From the IMG/VR virus record IMGVR_UViG_3300027996_002186, positions 419,263 to 483,262 of that record: a stretch of 64,000 nucleotides of DNA; one strand, written 5' to 3'. Position numbers and translations under genes: made by a program. This document shows positions 9,992 to 20,552 of the stretch, piece by piece. The notes beneath the pieces are model-generated. The model worked only from the letters and a program-made list of their open reading frames with translations, did no database searches and was not told the origin of the DNA. Numbering within the stretch: the first letter of the stretch is position 1; each line of letters starts with the position of its first letter.

Positions 9992-11718
9992 TATATACCC
10001 GCTCTATTTTTTGAATCAACAATACCCTTTTTAATAATATTTACTGATTTTAAACCACCACCATCTATATTATCAGAATAATATAGACCGTTTCTATCAT
10101 ACCAACCACCTCTAATAACCGGTATTTCATCTGCTTCAAATATTATATCATCAAGAACCGGATCTAAACCAATAACTTTATTTGAAATATAATTTGGATC
10201 AGCTTTTGGTGTTGATATATCAACATTTATCTTAGAATCAAAATTTGATAATTTGTTTTCAACATTTATTTTATTTTCTTTGTGGTAATCCTCATTCTTT
10301 TTACACATGAATTGAAGATCAATAGAGTGTACATCATTTATTGTTGATAGTTCTCTTATTATATCAAGCTTTGGTATTCTATCTATTCTTTTTAAGTCTA
10401 AAAAGTATTCTGATATCTTATCTAATATTTGTGCATTAACCGAATCGTCAGTTGCATCCGAATAATTCATAACGAATATATTCATTATATAATATGATAT
10501 TTTTGGTGAATCTACTCTATATTTTCTTGTTAATTGTAACTGTCCTCCTGTCCTAAGATATTTATCTATCTTAGATTTCTCATATCTATCAAGCTCAAAA
10601 GCTTTTATATCAATTGTGAAATAATCAGCATTTCGATTCTTAAATAATCTTATATTTGGTGTAGCGACAATAAATATTGTTCCGAATCTCTCATAAGCAT
10701 TTACATGTGAGAAAACTCCTAACTTCTTAATCTCATACGCATATTGTTGTGGTAATCCTAAAACAAAGTTATTACTCGATATTGGTAATATATTTTTTGT
10801 AAATAATAGATTTTCAGCATCAGCACCAAAGTTTATATCTGTATAAATATCTATGTTGAATACATCAGCGACATCCATGGTTTCACCATTTCCATCTAAT
10901 ACATTTCCAACAAACTCCCAATCATCTCTTGTTCTTCTAAATATGTTACCAGTCGATCCATCAGATACTAAATAATTTACCTCTATTGAGGAACCAATTG
11001 GTGGTTTCAATCCGAACCCACCATTACCAAAAACAATATCTACACCACCGTTAAATCCAGTTCTAACAACACAAGCTTGTTCATCAGGCAACATTTCATA
11101 AATATGCTTTTTTAATGACCAAAAATCACCATTAACCAATATTTCAACGTTGAAGTTCTCGATATCTTTTTGGCTTATTTCTGATAATGATAATGTTTGT
11201 AATTGTGTTCCATCACCTGTATAAGTTTTTCTCATCCATTTACCTTGTATTATTGGTACGAAGAATTTATAATTAGGAGTTATTTTGTGTGTTACTTTTT
11301 CAGTTCCAATACTAAATGAGTAATCAAGAGCGTTTGTTTTATTCTTAATCAATAATCTATTATTAAATGTCAATCTTGATCCAGGTATTTGATCGGCCAC
11401 ATCAAGATTTGATTTTAAGGTAAACTTCAAAGTACCAGTAGCACTTATTGATCTACCCGGGATATGTCCAGCAAAAATTGCCGCATTTCTTATAACTTTC
11501 CTATTTAAAGCATTTGGGTTACTTAAATCAAATTGGTCAATTGAATTCTTCAAATATAAGATTGACATTTGGTGTAAATTTTCAATAACAGATAATATCT
11601 GACCATATGGAGAAGCAGGACTAAAAAGAAGACCCGCTTTGTTATGTTCTTTTTTTAAATACCTTTCTATCTCAGCCTTAATACCGGTAAAAGTTATTGA
11701 TGAAAAATTAGTAGCCAT
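9991..11718 (-). CDS. Baseplate wedge subunit, T4 gp6-like
   Basis: F..IK....YL start; V.VNG..W; IVFGNGGFG.KP..GS.I.V.YLVSDG..GN. Confidence 0.75.
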   Translation of the reverse strand: MATNFSSITFTGIKAEIERYLKKEHNKAGLLFSPASPYGQILSVIENLHQMSILYLKNSIDQFDLSNPNALNRKVIRNAAIFAGHIPGRSISATGTLKFTLKSNLDVADQIPGSRLTFNNRLLIKNKTNALDYSFSIGTEKVTHKITPNYKFFVPIIQGKWMRKTYTGDGTQLQTLSLSEISQKDIENFNVEILVNGDFWSLKKHIYEMLPDEQACVVRTGFNGGVDIVFGNGGFGLKPPIGSSIEVNYLVSDGSTGNIFRRTRDDWEFVGNVLDGNGETMDVADVFNIDIYTDINFGADAENLLFTKNILPISSNNFVLGLPQQYAYEIKKLGVFSHVNAYERFGTIFIVATPNIRLFKNRNADYFTIDIKAFELDRYEKSKIDKYLRTGGQLQLTRKYRVDSPKISYYIMNIFVMNYSDATDDSVNAQILDKISEYFLDLKRIDRIPKLDIIRELSTINDVHSIDLQFMCKKNEDYHKENKINVENKLSNFDSKINVDISTPKADPNYISNKVIGLDPVLDDIIFEADEIPVIRGGWYDRNGLYYSDNIDGGGLKSVNIIKKGIVDSKNRAGI

Positions 11719-11779
11719 TTTAATTTATTAATTTATTTTAGTTGTAATTTAGTTATCCTTTATCACTCGATTTATTTTA

Positions 11780-12520
11780 TTATAGTAATGATAATAAATC
11801 ATCTATATTACTATTTAACCAAGTAGTTAATTGTTTAGCAATAATTGTTTTAGCTTCATCATCATTAACATTTATCCAGTCCCCAACCTTTTTAGTGAAT
11901 AAACCATGAGTATCACCTAAGTACAACCCATCAGTTCTGTTTCTACCATAGTCATTAACACCAACATTAGACTTAATTTTTTTAACTAAATCTAATTTAT
12001 CAATTTTATTAAAATGTTTTATAAGTTTTTCATTGGATAATATATCATCTAGTACTGTGTTAAGTTGATTAAGAACATTGATAGATACATCAGCCATATC
12101 CCAAGTAATTTGACCATCACTAATTTTATCCATTTCTATCTTCATATTACTAACTAAGTCTCGTGACTTATCAATCATTTCTCCTGTTCTATTGAATATA
12201 GATAGTTCATTTATATATTCTGAGTTAAATCTATTTTTTTCAAAAATATCTTTAACATCTTCTATGAATAAACTAATTGAAGAGTTTCTATTCACTAAAT
12301 CTGAATTCTCATTCAATGGGTTGGTAAAATATTTCCAATTGAAATTATCACCTTCTAAATCGGTTTTAGAAACAATTAATTTTAGATTCTTATCACCTTC
12401 TAAAATAGACAATTCAATATAGTTTCCTAGTTTTATGTCACTTTTCTCGAATATAATAACTTCATCGAAGTTATTCGATAACTCAATGTGTATCCTGTTT
12501 ATATTTTGTTTAAGGTTCAT
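11780..12520 (-). CDS. Hypothetical protein
   Basis: 246-aa ORF preceded by TAATATATA at 12537-12545(-). Confidence 0.65.
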   Translation of the reverse strand: MNLKQNINRIHIELSNNFDEVIIFEKSDIKLGNYIELSILEGDKNLKLIVSKTDLEGDNFNWKYFTNPLNENSDLVNRNSSISLFIEDVKDIFEKNRFNSEYINELSIFNRTGEMIDKSRDLVSNMKIEMDKISDGQITWDMADVSINVLNQLNTVLDDILSNEKLIKHFNKIDKLDLVKKIKSNVGVNDYGRNRTDGLYLGDTHGLFTKKVGDWINVNDDEAKTIIAKQLTTWLNSNIDDLLSLL

Positions 12521-12645
12521 GTGAAACTTTTTCTTTTATATATTAAAAAATTCTTACTCTTAATGTGTTTTTTGAATTATGAGTACATTTCAAAAATTTT
12601 TGAAAAACCATATTAAATATATATATAACAAGAAAATACAAATAT

Positions 12646-13362
12646 ATGGGAATAAACGATATAACATCATTAATAGACAAGTATGGTATTAAAGGAGCAA
12701 TTTTTGTGATATTCCTATTTTTACTTATTGCGATTTTTAAAAGTAAATGGTTTAGTATGGCATTATCTAAGCTATCAGATAAGTTCATAGAAAGGTTTAT
12801 GAAAAATAAAACAAAGGATTTAGATAAAGTTAGAAATATAAATGTTTCAGATATATCAAATCATGATATATTTAACTACATTGATTTCTGGATGTATTCA
12901 AAGATACCAACATTTCAATTCTCTACTGAGTATAGAACAATAGTATTTAGAAAATATTTAACACTATATCTTAAAAGTTATAAATCAAATATATCAAAAT
13001 TTGTTACCAATAAAGATTATCAAGATATGGATGATCCAAAGGTTTGGAAAGCTTTATTAGATTTAATAAACACAATTGTTTATGATTATGAAAGAGAAAT
13101 GGTAGAAGCAGGTATACCTAAGGTTGTTATAGAAAAGATGAAAGCTAGAAATAATGATACTATAACATTAACAATTGATTTAATACAAGGTGTTTGTAAT
13201 TCACAATTTTATTCATCTGATAAGAATTATTTGAAAGTTTATTCGGTGGTAAATATATTACTATCTGTGTTAGAAAACACAATAAGTAATTCCGAAAATA
13301 TTTGTAATAGTATAAATGGCCAATTAAAAGGACTAGAATTTGGTGGTAAAAAAGAGCCTTAA
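12646..13362 (+). CDS. Membrane-anchored hypothetical protein (possibly holin-like)
   Basis: Single N-terminal TM helix GAIFVIFLFLLIAIF followed by soluble domain. Confidence 0.55.
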   Translation: MGINDITSLIDKYGIKGAIFVIFLFLLIAIFKSKWFSMALSKLSDKFIERFMKNKTKDLDKVRNINVSDISNHDIFNYIDFWMYSKIPTFQFSTEYRTIVFRKYLTLYLKSYKSNISKFVTNKDYQDMDDPKVWKALLDLINTIVYDYEREMVEAGIPKVVIEKMKARNNDTITLTIDLIQGVCNSQFYSSDKNYLKVYSVVNILLSVLENTISNSENICNSINGQLKGLEFGGKKEP

Positions 13363-13364
13363 TT

Positions 13365-13793
13365 ATGAAACACATTAAAAAGTTTAATGAAGAATTAGTA
13401 CCAAGATTTCCCACTCATAATAAGGGGGAGGTTATTGTTTATGCTAAGGATTTAGATTATAGAAATGTTCAAGTATTTGCTAAGAAGCTTGGTTATGAAG
13501 TAGTTGGTGAGGTTAGAGATGATGGTTATTTAGTGAAGACACCAGTTGGTCAAGAAGAACAAGCCGGTGCTGATTTTGTTGATAACTATCCAGAATTTTT
13601 CTATAACCACGAAAGAGAAGATATCAAAGATACTATGGCTTATGAAGAGTTAGATGATATCAAAAATGATGTTGAAAATTTAAGAGATTCTCTTGGTAGT
13701 CTAAATAAGTTTGGAAAAAGTATGTTACCTGATGGTTGGAATGAGGACATCGACAAAATTATTAATAGATTACAAAATGCCAAACACGAATAA
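13365..13793 (+). CDS. Hypothetical protein with N-terminal capsid-targeting-like motif
   Basis: Starts MKHIKKFNEE. Confidence 0.7.
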   Translation: MKHIKKFNEELVPRFPTHNKGEVIVYAKDLDYRNVQVFAKKLGYEVVGEVRDDGYLVKTPVGQEEQAGADFVDNYPEFFYNHEREDIKDTMAYEELDDIKNDVENLRDSLGSLNKFGKSMLPDGWNEDIDKIINRLQNAKHE

Positions 13794-14145
13794 ATACATA
13801 AAATCATTTATATTGTTTGAATCTGATAACATAAATTCGGATGAAATACCTTGGGAGGTCTTTTGGGAATTTATACAAGATTCTCAAGACGTTTTTATGG
13901 AAATAATGGATGATGATTTATTATTAAGTGATTATGGTAAATACTCTTTTGATTATCAAGATGATTTTATTTTCTTAAAGTTTAAAAAGCCAACAGATTT
14001 AGAAACAATTTCTTTTTTATGGGAAGATATTAAAATAGCAATTAATAGATTGAGTGATAAATATAATATTACTCATAAAGTATCCGATTTACCTGGTATA
14101 ATTAAGTTAGTTGTTACGTTGGAGAATCAATCCATTAAACCATAA
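13777..14145 (+). CDS. Paralogous-domain family protein (start revised from 13711)
   Basis: MPNTNKYIKSFILFES; DSQDVFMEIMDD...AINRL. Confidence 0.6.
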   Translation: MPNTNKYIKSFILFESDNINSDEIPWEVFWEFIQDSQDVFMEIMDDDLLLSDYGKYSFDYQDDFIFLKFKKPTDLETISFLWEDIKIAINRLSDKYNITHKVSDLPGIIKLVVTLENQSIKP

Positions 14146-14666
14146 ACATCATCAGCATTAAACTCTGGGTCGGTTATTTTCAAATCACAATCGATGAAAT
14201 TGTTAAAATCTATTTCATCCGAATCTAATCTACGTTTGATAGAATCATTCTTATCTTCTCTTGTATGTAATCTAGATTCTCTTATATTTCTATCAATATC
14301 TAAATAAACAACAAAACAACACTTTCTTTGTTCTTCTGTGATGTCTTTGAATTCACCAGGAGTCATTATCATAACTTGTGATGAGTTAAACTCATCTTTA
14401 GTTAATCCATAATACCACTTTTCTTTATCAGAATCTTCTGGTGTAACCTCAAATTCTTGGTGTGTTAGGAATTTATTTTCATTGATTGATTGTAAAAATT
14501 CAGAATCATCTACGAAGTTATAAGTAGAACCTTGTTCTTCAAATTTTCTTTTTGGTCTTGTTGTCCACTTTAGACAGGGTTTTAGACCTTTATCAGATAA
14601 TTTTCTTAATAGAAAGTCTTTCCCCGATCCACTAGGTCCCATTATTATACATTTTTCATTTTTCAT
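14127..14666 (-). CDS. gmk: Guanylate kinase-like protein
   Basis: GPSGSGKD, TTRPKR..E..G..YNF, WYYG, IKRRL. Confidence 0.85.
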   Translation of the reverse strand: MKNEKCIIMGPSGSGKDFLLRKLSDKGLKPCLKWTTRPKRKFEEQGSTYNFVDDSEFLQSINENKFLTHQEFEVTPEDSDKEKWYYGLTKDEFNSSQVMIMTPGEFKDITEEQRKCCFVVYLDIDRNIRESRLHTREDKNDSIKRRLDSDEIDFNNFIDCDLKITDPEFNADDVYGLMD

Positions 14667-14677
14667 TTCTAATTATA

Positions 14678-15487
14678 TTATCTTTTATCAATTTGTTCAT
14701 ATCTCCAATAGAATCCACGAGATTTCCTATTAATATTCTTACAACAAAATGAAATATTAGAAGAGTTACTACCTACATGATTTGCAGCTTCTTTGATAGA
14801 TTTAAATTCCCCAACTAGTTGATTATCATTATCATATTGATATACTTTCTTACCTATTTTTTCTTTCCTAGTCATATCCACTTTCACCAATTCACTACCG
14901 TCATCATATTTCCAAATGAACTTTCTGTGGTGCTTTCTTATACCGGTTAAACAAGCTGATATTTTACCTGTGCTAAAAAAACCATCACTTTCAACAACAG
15001 CGTCTTTAATACACTTATACTTCTTTATTATGTTATAGTTTATATCATATTGTATTATTGATTTATAACTATTGATATTAGGAATCCCAATTAATTTATT
15101 TTTAATTTTCTGCTTGGTTTCTTCACTACAAGGAACTCCTTTGTTATGTGGTGTATTTCCTTTCTTAAAGGATCCTTTATTACCAAAGGTAGATCCATCA
15201 CCACCTGATGTATAATTAACTAATGAAAATCCCCATGTTTTGAATAATGATATATAGAACATTTCCCAATATTGCCATTCAGATACCGGAACCTCATCTA
15301 TAATAATTAACTCAGGTCTAAATCCATCCTTTCTAACGTTGTTAATCCAATTTCTTTTATGTGTATTCTTATCCCTAGCAGAATTAAAGTGATTTGTGTA
15401 TCTATCTTTCGGATTGTTGGCTTTCCCAATATACCTAATTTGGTTATTTCTGGGATCAGATAGAGCATATATAAAAACATTTTTCAT
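14678..15487 (-). CDS. Free-standing GIY-YIG homing endonuclease with NUMOD3/NUMOD1-type repeats
   Basis: FIYAL...YIGKA..R...H, N.T.GGDG, HNKG...SEETKQKI, two QYD...F.SI.EA...W.Y repeats. Confidence 0.9.
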   Translation of the reverse strand: MKNVFIYALSDPRNNQIRYIGKANNPKDRYTNHFNSARDKNTHKRNWINNVRKDGFRPELIIIDEVPVSEWQYWEMFYISLFKTWGFSLVNYTSGGDGSTFGNKGSFKKGNTPHNKGVPCSEETKQKIKNKLIGIPNINSYKSIIQYDINYNIIKKYKCIKDAVVESDGFFSTGKISACLTGIRKHHRKFIWKYDDGSELVKVDMTRKEKIGKKVYQYDNDNQLVGEFKSIKEAANHVGSNSSNISFCCKNINRKSRGFYWRYEQIDKR

Positions 15488-15539
15488 TTCTTATATATAA
15501 AAACACCCAGTACCTCTTTTACCTAAAATTATAACATTT

Positions 15540-15923
15540 TTAATTTGGTATGAATTGAAGGCTTATTGATTGTAGGATCCATTCTGGGAATTCTTCAATC
15601 CTCTTGATATTTATAAATCTAGCACTGCCATTAGATAATACAATGTGTATATTTTTAATCTTACAATCCTCTGATATTATAATATCGTTAATTCGTTTAA
15701 GATATTCATTGACATCATTCAAACTAAATAAATACTTATCTGGATAAACTCCTATTTGGTTGGTTGATTTATCAATATCTATTGTTATTCTTTCTAATGA
15801 ATCGGATCTCTTTGTAACACTAGTTTTGAAATTTATATCATCTAATTCAAGTAATACATCTCTTATATTATTCATCAGAGAATCTTCGTCATTAAATGAC
15901 TCAAACATCTTTAGATAATTCAT
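15540..15923 (-). CDS. Paralogous-domain family protein
   Basis: MNYLKMFESF; NIRDVLLELDDINF...EYLKRI. Confidence 0.7.
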   Translation of the reverse strand: MNYLKMFESFNDEDSLMNNIRDVLLELDDINFKTSVTKRSDSLERITIDIDKSTNQIGVYPDKYLFSLNDVNEYLKRINDIIISEDCKIKNIHIVLSNGSARFINIKRIEEFPEWILQSISLQFIPN

Positions 15924-16186
15924 TATAATGGTTTATAATTTGGGATAGCTCCTTTGTAATTCTTATTACCACTCTTTAGTTGTTCTCTTTCTGCTTCAGA
16001 TGCAGCTCCATATTCTGGATCTTTCTTTTCTTTATCTTTACAATCCATACAGATTATATCTTCATTGAACATACTCATTGTGGTCATATTATTAGTTGAT
16101 TCACCACATCTATCACAATTATCTCTTCTCATGTCGAAGGAACCATGTCGTGCTGAATAATCTTCAAATGTTTTTAAGTTTTTCAT
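15923..16186 (-). CDS. Zn-finger protein with N-terminal capsid-targeting-like motif
   Basis: MKNLKTFE; CDRC...MSMFNEDIICMDC. Confidence 0.7.
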   Translation of the reverse strand: MKNLKTFEDYSARHGSFDMRRDNCDRCGESTNNMTTMSMFNEDIICMDCKDKEKKDPEYGAASEAEREQLKSGNKNYKGAIPNYKPL

Positions 16187-16542
16187 TCACCTAATTTAGT
16201 TTTTAATTCTTCTATGAATGGTTGAAAATTATGTTTACCATAATCATCTTTAAGTACTGTTGCAACAGCATCTGCGAAATCTTTATATGACATACTATCA
16301 TCAATTTGATTGATTGATTTACTTATATCACTTGATAATAAATCTGATTCATTTGATTCATTGAATCTTTTAAATTTTTTAATTTCATTCACATCATCAC
16401 TGACTGTTAATTTTTTAACAACCTTTAAGAGAAAATCTACATCTTCTATAGCAGCACTTGGATTATCATAGTAATAATCATCACCCCTTTCTTGTAAATG
16501 GGTAAATATATATTCTCTTTCCCAATCAGTTAGTTTATCCAT
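16183..16542 (-). CDS. Hypothetical protein with an internal copy of the targeting motif
   Basis: Internal IKKFKRFNESNES. Confidence 0.6.
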   Translation of the reverse strand: MDKLTDWEREYIFTHLQERGDDYYYDNPSAAIEDVDFLLKVVKKLTVSDDVNEIKKFKRFNESNESDLLSSDISKSINQIDDSMSYKDFADAVATVLKDDYGKHNFQPFIEELKTKLGE

Positions 16543-17089
16543 TATCTAAAACCTTTATTTTTAATGAATCTAACCATTGTTTAGCATCTTCTTCTGAATC
16601 AAAATATATCTCACCACCATCTACTGGATGGTTTTGAAATTCATAATGATATCCTTCTGTTCCAAAGGATTCTTTTGGTAAAGATATGTAGTGTGTTGGT
16701 TCACTAACTTCTGGTTCAATTTCTTTAATTATAGCCATCAATAATTGATAAACATCATCACCAGCATCTACATATTCGAAATCACTATCTCTTGAACTTT
16801 TAGAATATGATTCACCGTTTGGTAAGTCATAAGTAATAACTAGTTTATCATTATGTGGGTGGAAGGTATAATCAGTTCTAATAGAACTACCATCATCCAA
16901 CTCTATTTCATAATCCATCTCGGTCTCACCCGACACACCACTTATTTCAGTTACCTTTTTACCAGTGGCTCTTTCGACCTCACCAACAGTACCTTCAGTA
17001 TAATCAAGATAGTTTTCTTTATCATATTCACTATGTGGAACAACACCACTATAATCTATTGTTTCGTTGAATTTTTTTAAATGTTTCAT
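16535..17089 (-). CDS. Acidic hypothetical protein with N-terminal capsid-targeting-like motif
   Basis: Starts MKHLKKFNE. Confidence 0.7.
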   Translation of the reverse strand: MKHLKKFNETIDYSGVVPHSEYDKENYLDYTEGTVGEVERATGKKVTEISGVSGETEMDYEIELDDGSSIRTDYTFHPHNDKLVITYDLPNGESYSKSSRDSDFEYVDAGDDVYQLLMAIIKEIEPEVSEPTHYISLPKESFGTEGYHYEFQNHPVDGGEIYFDSEEDAKQWLDSLKIKVLDNG

Positions 17090-17607
17090 TATTTCTTTAT
17101 TGTATTTACATCACTCTTAGCGAAGTCATTGAAGTCCATAACTTTCTTTTCGCCTGGTTTCTTCTTTTCACCATCTTTTGAAAAGTCAGGACGATTAGCA
17201 AAAATATTCTTTAGAGTTTTCATATCCAATCTCTTCTTTCTACTTTTCTTTCCTGTTCTAGCTCCGTGGTTTTTACCCATGGAATCTATTTTTATTTTCT
17301 GATCCATATTATTCTTAGCTGATCCACTATTGTAAGGTACTGAAACATCTCCTGACCCAGTAGTTCCTCCGTTGTTTGACCAATTTGGTCCTATTGTAGA
17401 ACCAGCTAATCCAGAGGGTTGTGATGAAACAACTGCTCCAGAACCACCACCAACAGCAGGGCCACCAGTAGCAGAAGTTTCTAGTATTAATTGTTCTCTA
17501 TACTCGATTGCTTCTAATATCTCATCCATCAGAATGTCACCAGACATACCTTCTTTAATAATTCTCCTTTTGATGTTATAAAGTTCTATGATATTTAATT
17601 CTTTCAT
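17089..17607 (-). CDS. Hypothetical low-complexity head/core-like protein
   Basis: LILE then Gly/Ser-rich segment and basic tail ending KVMDFNDF; TAATATATA upstream. Confidence 0.55.
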   Translation of the reverse strand: MKELNIIELYNIKRRIIKEGMSGDILMDEILEAIEYREQLILETSATGGPAVGGGSGAVVSSQPSGLAGSTIGPNWSNNGGTTGSGDVSVPYNSGSAKNNMDQKIKIDSMGKNHGARTGKKSRKKRLDMKTLKNIFANRPDFSKDGEKKKPGEKKVMDFNDFAKSDVNTIKK

Positions 17608-17618
17608 AAGATTATATA

Positions 17619-17930
17619 TTAATAATTAAATCTGTCAATTTCACCAATCACATATCCATTCTTTTTAATCCATTCCTTAGATTTATCTAAATTATCACCA
17701 ACACCAAAATCTATCCCCAATTTTGGATCTTTTAGATTTATATCATCTGAATATACTTCAAATATCAATTTCTTTAATCCACTAAAATATATAACCAATT
17801 CAAAATCTTTAGATTTTCTAAAAAAGCCACGATTAATTGTTCCACTTACGAACAACTTGTTTAACATTTTCCATTTTCTTTTTTTACCACAAATTCTACA
17901 AATTTTATTATAGGACTTGTCGTGACTCAT
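17619..17930 (-). CDS. Hypothetical protein
   Basis: ORF track; start uncertain. Confidence 0.5.
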   Translation of the reverse strand: MSHDKSYNKICRICGKKRKWKMLNKLFVSGTINRGFFRKSKDFELVIYFSGLKKLIFEVYSDDINLKDPKLGIDFGVGDNLDKSKEWIKKNGYVIGEIDRFNY

Positions 17931-17965
17931 ATAATATTATATATAAATTAATATAATAAAAAGTT

Positions 17966-18625
17966 ATGGATAAATTAAAAATACTTGAAATTAAAAAGTT
18001 ATTAAAAGAGTTGGATTATATAGAGTCTGACTTTGAGTATAGATCAGAAGTAATAAGTGACGCTGATTCTGAATTCATTAATTCAGTTAATAACTTTTTA
18101 TCATTACACCCAGAATTGAAAGAAATATATGATCAAAAAATAACAGATAAAATTAATGAATCTATTAAAAAATCCACTGAAGAAACTGAAGAAACTGAAG
18201 ATAACATCGAGGAAGACGGAGAAGATGTTTCAGACCTTGTTGATGAAGATGAAAGACAAGAGGTTGAGGAGGTTGAGGAAGATAGAGGAGTTATTTCACC
18301 TAAAATAAAAAAACTTTATAGAGAAATAGTTAAGATAACACACCCAGATAAAGTAAAAAAGAAAAAACTAAATGATATTTATATAAAGGCAACTGATTTT
18401 TATAACCTAAATGATAAGATTGGTATCTATAAAATATGTAATGAATTAAGTATTAATTATGATATAGAAGAGGATGATGAATTATTCATATCAATGAAAA
18501 TATCTTCACTTAAAAAAAGAATTGTTTTTTTAGAGACCACATTTACTTGGAAATGGACAAGAACAGAAAATGAAGAAGAAAGAAATCAAATATTGATTAA
18601 TTATATTAAATTAAGAATTCAGTGA
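17966..18625 (+). CDS. Coiled-coil protein with J-domain-like HPD motif
   Basis: IKKLYREIVKITHPDK. Confidence 0.7.
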   Translation: MDKLKILEIKKLLKELDYIESDFEYRSEVISDADSEFINSVNNFLSLHPELKEIYDQKITDKINESIKKSTEETEETEDNIEEDGEDVSDLVDEDERQEVEEVEEDRGVISPKIKKLYREIVKITHPDKVKKKKLNDIYIKATDFYNLNDKIGIYKICNELSINYDIEEDDELFISMKISSLKKRIVFLETTFTWKWTRTENEEERNQILINYIKLRIQ

Positions 18626-19261
18626 TATCTTTTCTTTATTAGTTATATTAATGGTTATATCAGTTACTTTGCTTCTCATCAATGAAGTGATTCTAATTAT
18701 ATCAGAATCATTATCTGGGTGGTATGAGTTAGCATCAATTGAAAGTTTATCTGATAAGTTATATTCTGAATACCATTTTACATATTTTTCATTCAATCTT
18801 TTCCAATAATTTTCATCAACTGATTGTTCCATTTCTCTACCTCTTATTTGTATTCTTTTCATAGCAGTTTCTAAATCACAATCAATATAAAGTAAAGCTT
18901 CAGGACCTTTAATATGTTGATTCATATTATTCAATAGTGATTTATAAGTATCATATTCATCATCTGTCATATACCCATCTTCATTTAACATTTCTGCGAA
19001 AATCTTATCACCGAAAATAGAACGATCTAATATACCTGATCCATTTTTGTGTATTTCTTTAATCATTCTAAATCTTTCATTTAGAAAATGAATTTGTAAA
19101 GCAAAAGACCATCTCTTTTTATCTTTATAGAATTCTTCAAGAAGATTCATTGTAGTTTGGTTATGTAATTCATAGAAGATAGGTATGTTTAAAACTTCCC
19201 CAATTTTTTCAGACAAAGTGGACTTACCACAACCTACAACACCTTCGATATATAAAATCAT
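18611..19261 (-). CDS. Deoxynucleoside kinase
   Basis: IEGVVGCGKST, FALQIHFL..RF, DRSIFGD..FA, RGREME. Confidence 0.92.
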   Translation of the reverse strand: MILYIEGVVGCGKSTLSEKIGEVLNIPIFYELHNQTTMNLLEEFYKDKKRWSFALQIHFLNERFRMIKEIHKNGSGILDRSIFGDKIFAEMLNEDGYMTDDEYDTYKSLLNNMNQHIKGPEALLYIDCDLETAMKRIQIRGREMEQSVDENYWKRLNEKYVKWYSEYNLSDKLSIDANSYHPDNDSDIIRITSLMRSKVTDITINITNKEKISLNS

Positions 19262-19446
19262 TATTAAAAATTATTTTTTATTTTTATATAAAAAAGTGAT
19301 TTTGTTTAAAATAAAAATGAAGAAGAACATTAATTATCTTAAATTAAGAATTCAATAATTATTAACTCATCTTATCATTAAGTGTGTTTATTAAATTTTT
19401 ACAATCTTTCATAAATTCAATAGCTGGCCAATCACTTGGTATAGAC

Positions 19447-20082
19447 TCATAGTATGTTTACTTTAACATTTCTATCTGATAATAGATCTTGTAACTCTTC
19501 TCTTCTGAATATTTTCTTATAAACATCAGTTTCCGCATCAGCATTTTGTAATATCCATTCATTACCATTTGATGTTTCATAGATATAGTTCTCATCACCA
19601 TCGATTATTTCAATAACCTTTGATGTTAGTTTGTCATAAAATTTCTTAACATCATCATTTATCTTATAAAGTTTAACATCTTCCCATTTCTTTATAGTTT
19701 CATTCCAAACTTGAAATAATAAATAGATTGGGTTTTCCAACTCATTTGTATTTATATCAAAAATAAACATAAACTTACATGGTTTGTTCAAAAATGTTTG
19801 AAAATCCTCTGAGTTCTTTAATTCTGACTTTTTAAGAGCTATACTTGATAATGAATTGATAAACTCAACATTATCACTTAAAGTATCTAAATCTAATTTA
19901 TCAGCGAAATCATCATTAGGCAATTTGAATGTGTCATAGATATCTACCTCTTCCGCGGATATTGAGTTTAGTAGAGCATCGTGCCATAAACTTAAAGATT
20001 CAAGTAGTTCTTCTACATTTTGGAATGTTAAATCAACAACTACCGATTCTTTGTGTTGTTTATATTTCTTTAAGTATTTCAT
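19447..20082 (-). CDS. Hypothetical protein with N-terminal capsid-targeting-like motif (start revised from 20094)
   Basis: Second Met gives MKYLKKYKQHKES. Confidence 0.65.
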   Translation of the reverse strand: MKYLKKYKQHKESVVVDLTFQNVEELLESLSLWHDALLNSISAEEVDIYDTFKLPNDDFADKLDLDTLSDNVEFINSLSSIALKKSELKNSEDFQTFLNKPCKFMFIFDINTNELENPIYLLFQVWNETIKKWEDVKLYKINDDVKKFYDKLTSKVIEIIDGDENYIYETSNGNEWILQNADAETDVYKKIFRREELQDLLSDRNVKVNIL

Positions 20083-20083
20083 A

Positions 20084-20497
20084 TTAACCTTCACTTTCTT
20101 TTTTAGCTATGAACAATAGGTTTCTAACAACTTTAATAGAAGAAATAAAGTCATTATAAGTATCCTGACCGACTTGAGAATTCCAAATCAATTGCTGTCC
20201 ACCACCACTAACATACCTAACATATATATTATATCCTAATGATTCTAAATAATCATTCAATCTATTAAACTCATCAATGACATCATTTTTTATTTCTAAT
20301 GGATAATCCGTATATGTAACAATCCTTATTATTATCTCAGTAGGGTCTTTGGTAAAAGGTTCCCAATCAACCGTATTATCTTTAACACTTGGACTATATC
20401 CCATATCCGATATTGGTAATAAAATATCCTTTATTGTTTGTAACATGATATTTACTTTTTCAGATTCAAATATTTTATATGATTTTATGTAACGCAT
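20084..20497 (-). CDS. Paralogous-domain family protein
   Basis: MRYIKSYKIFES; TIKDILLPISDMGY...EFNRLNDYLESLG. Confidence 0.7.
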   Translation of the reverse strand: MRYIKSYKIFESEKVNIMLQTIKDILLPISDMGYSPSVKDNTVDWEPFTKDPTEIIIRIVTYTDYPLEIKNDVIDEFNRLNDYLESLGYNIYVRYVSGGGQQLIWNSQVGQDTYNDFISSIKVVRNLLFIAKKESEG

Positions 20498-20515
20498 TAA
20501 CCTTTTGGGTTTATA

Positions 20516-20535
20516 TTTTTAATATATATTAAAAA
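20516..20535. promoter_or_regulatory. Palindromic double TAATATATA motif (putative divergent late promoters)
   Basis: TTTTTAATATATATTAAAAA is a perfect palindrome between divergent genes that both carry the N-terminal motif. Confidence 0.6.
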
Positions 20536-20552
20536 TTCATTACGGAAATCAT

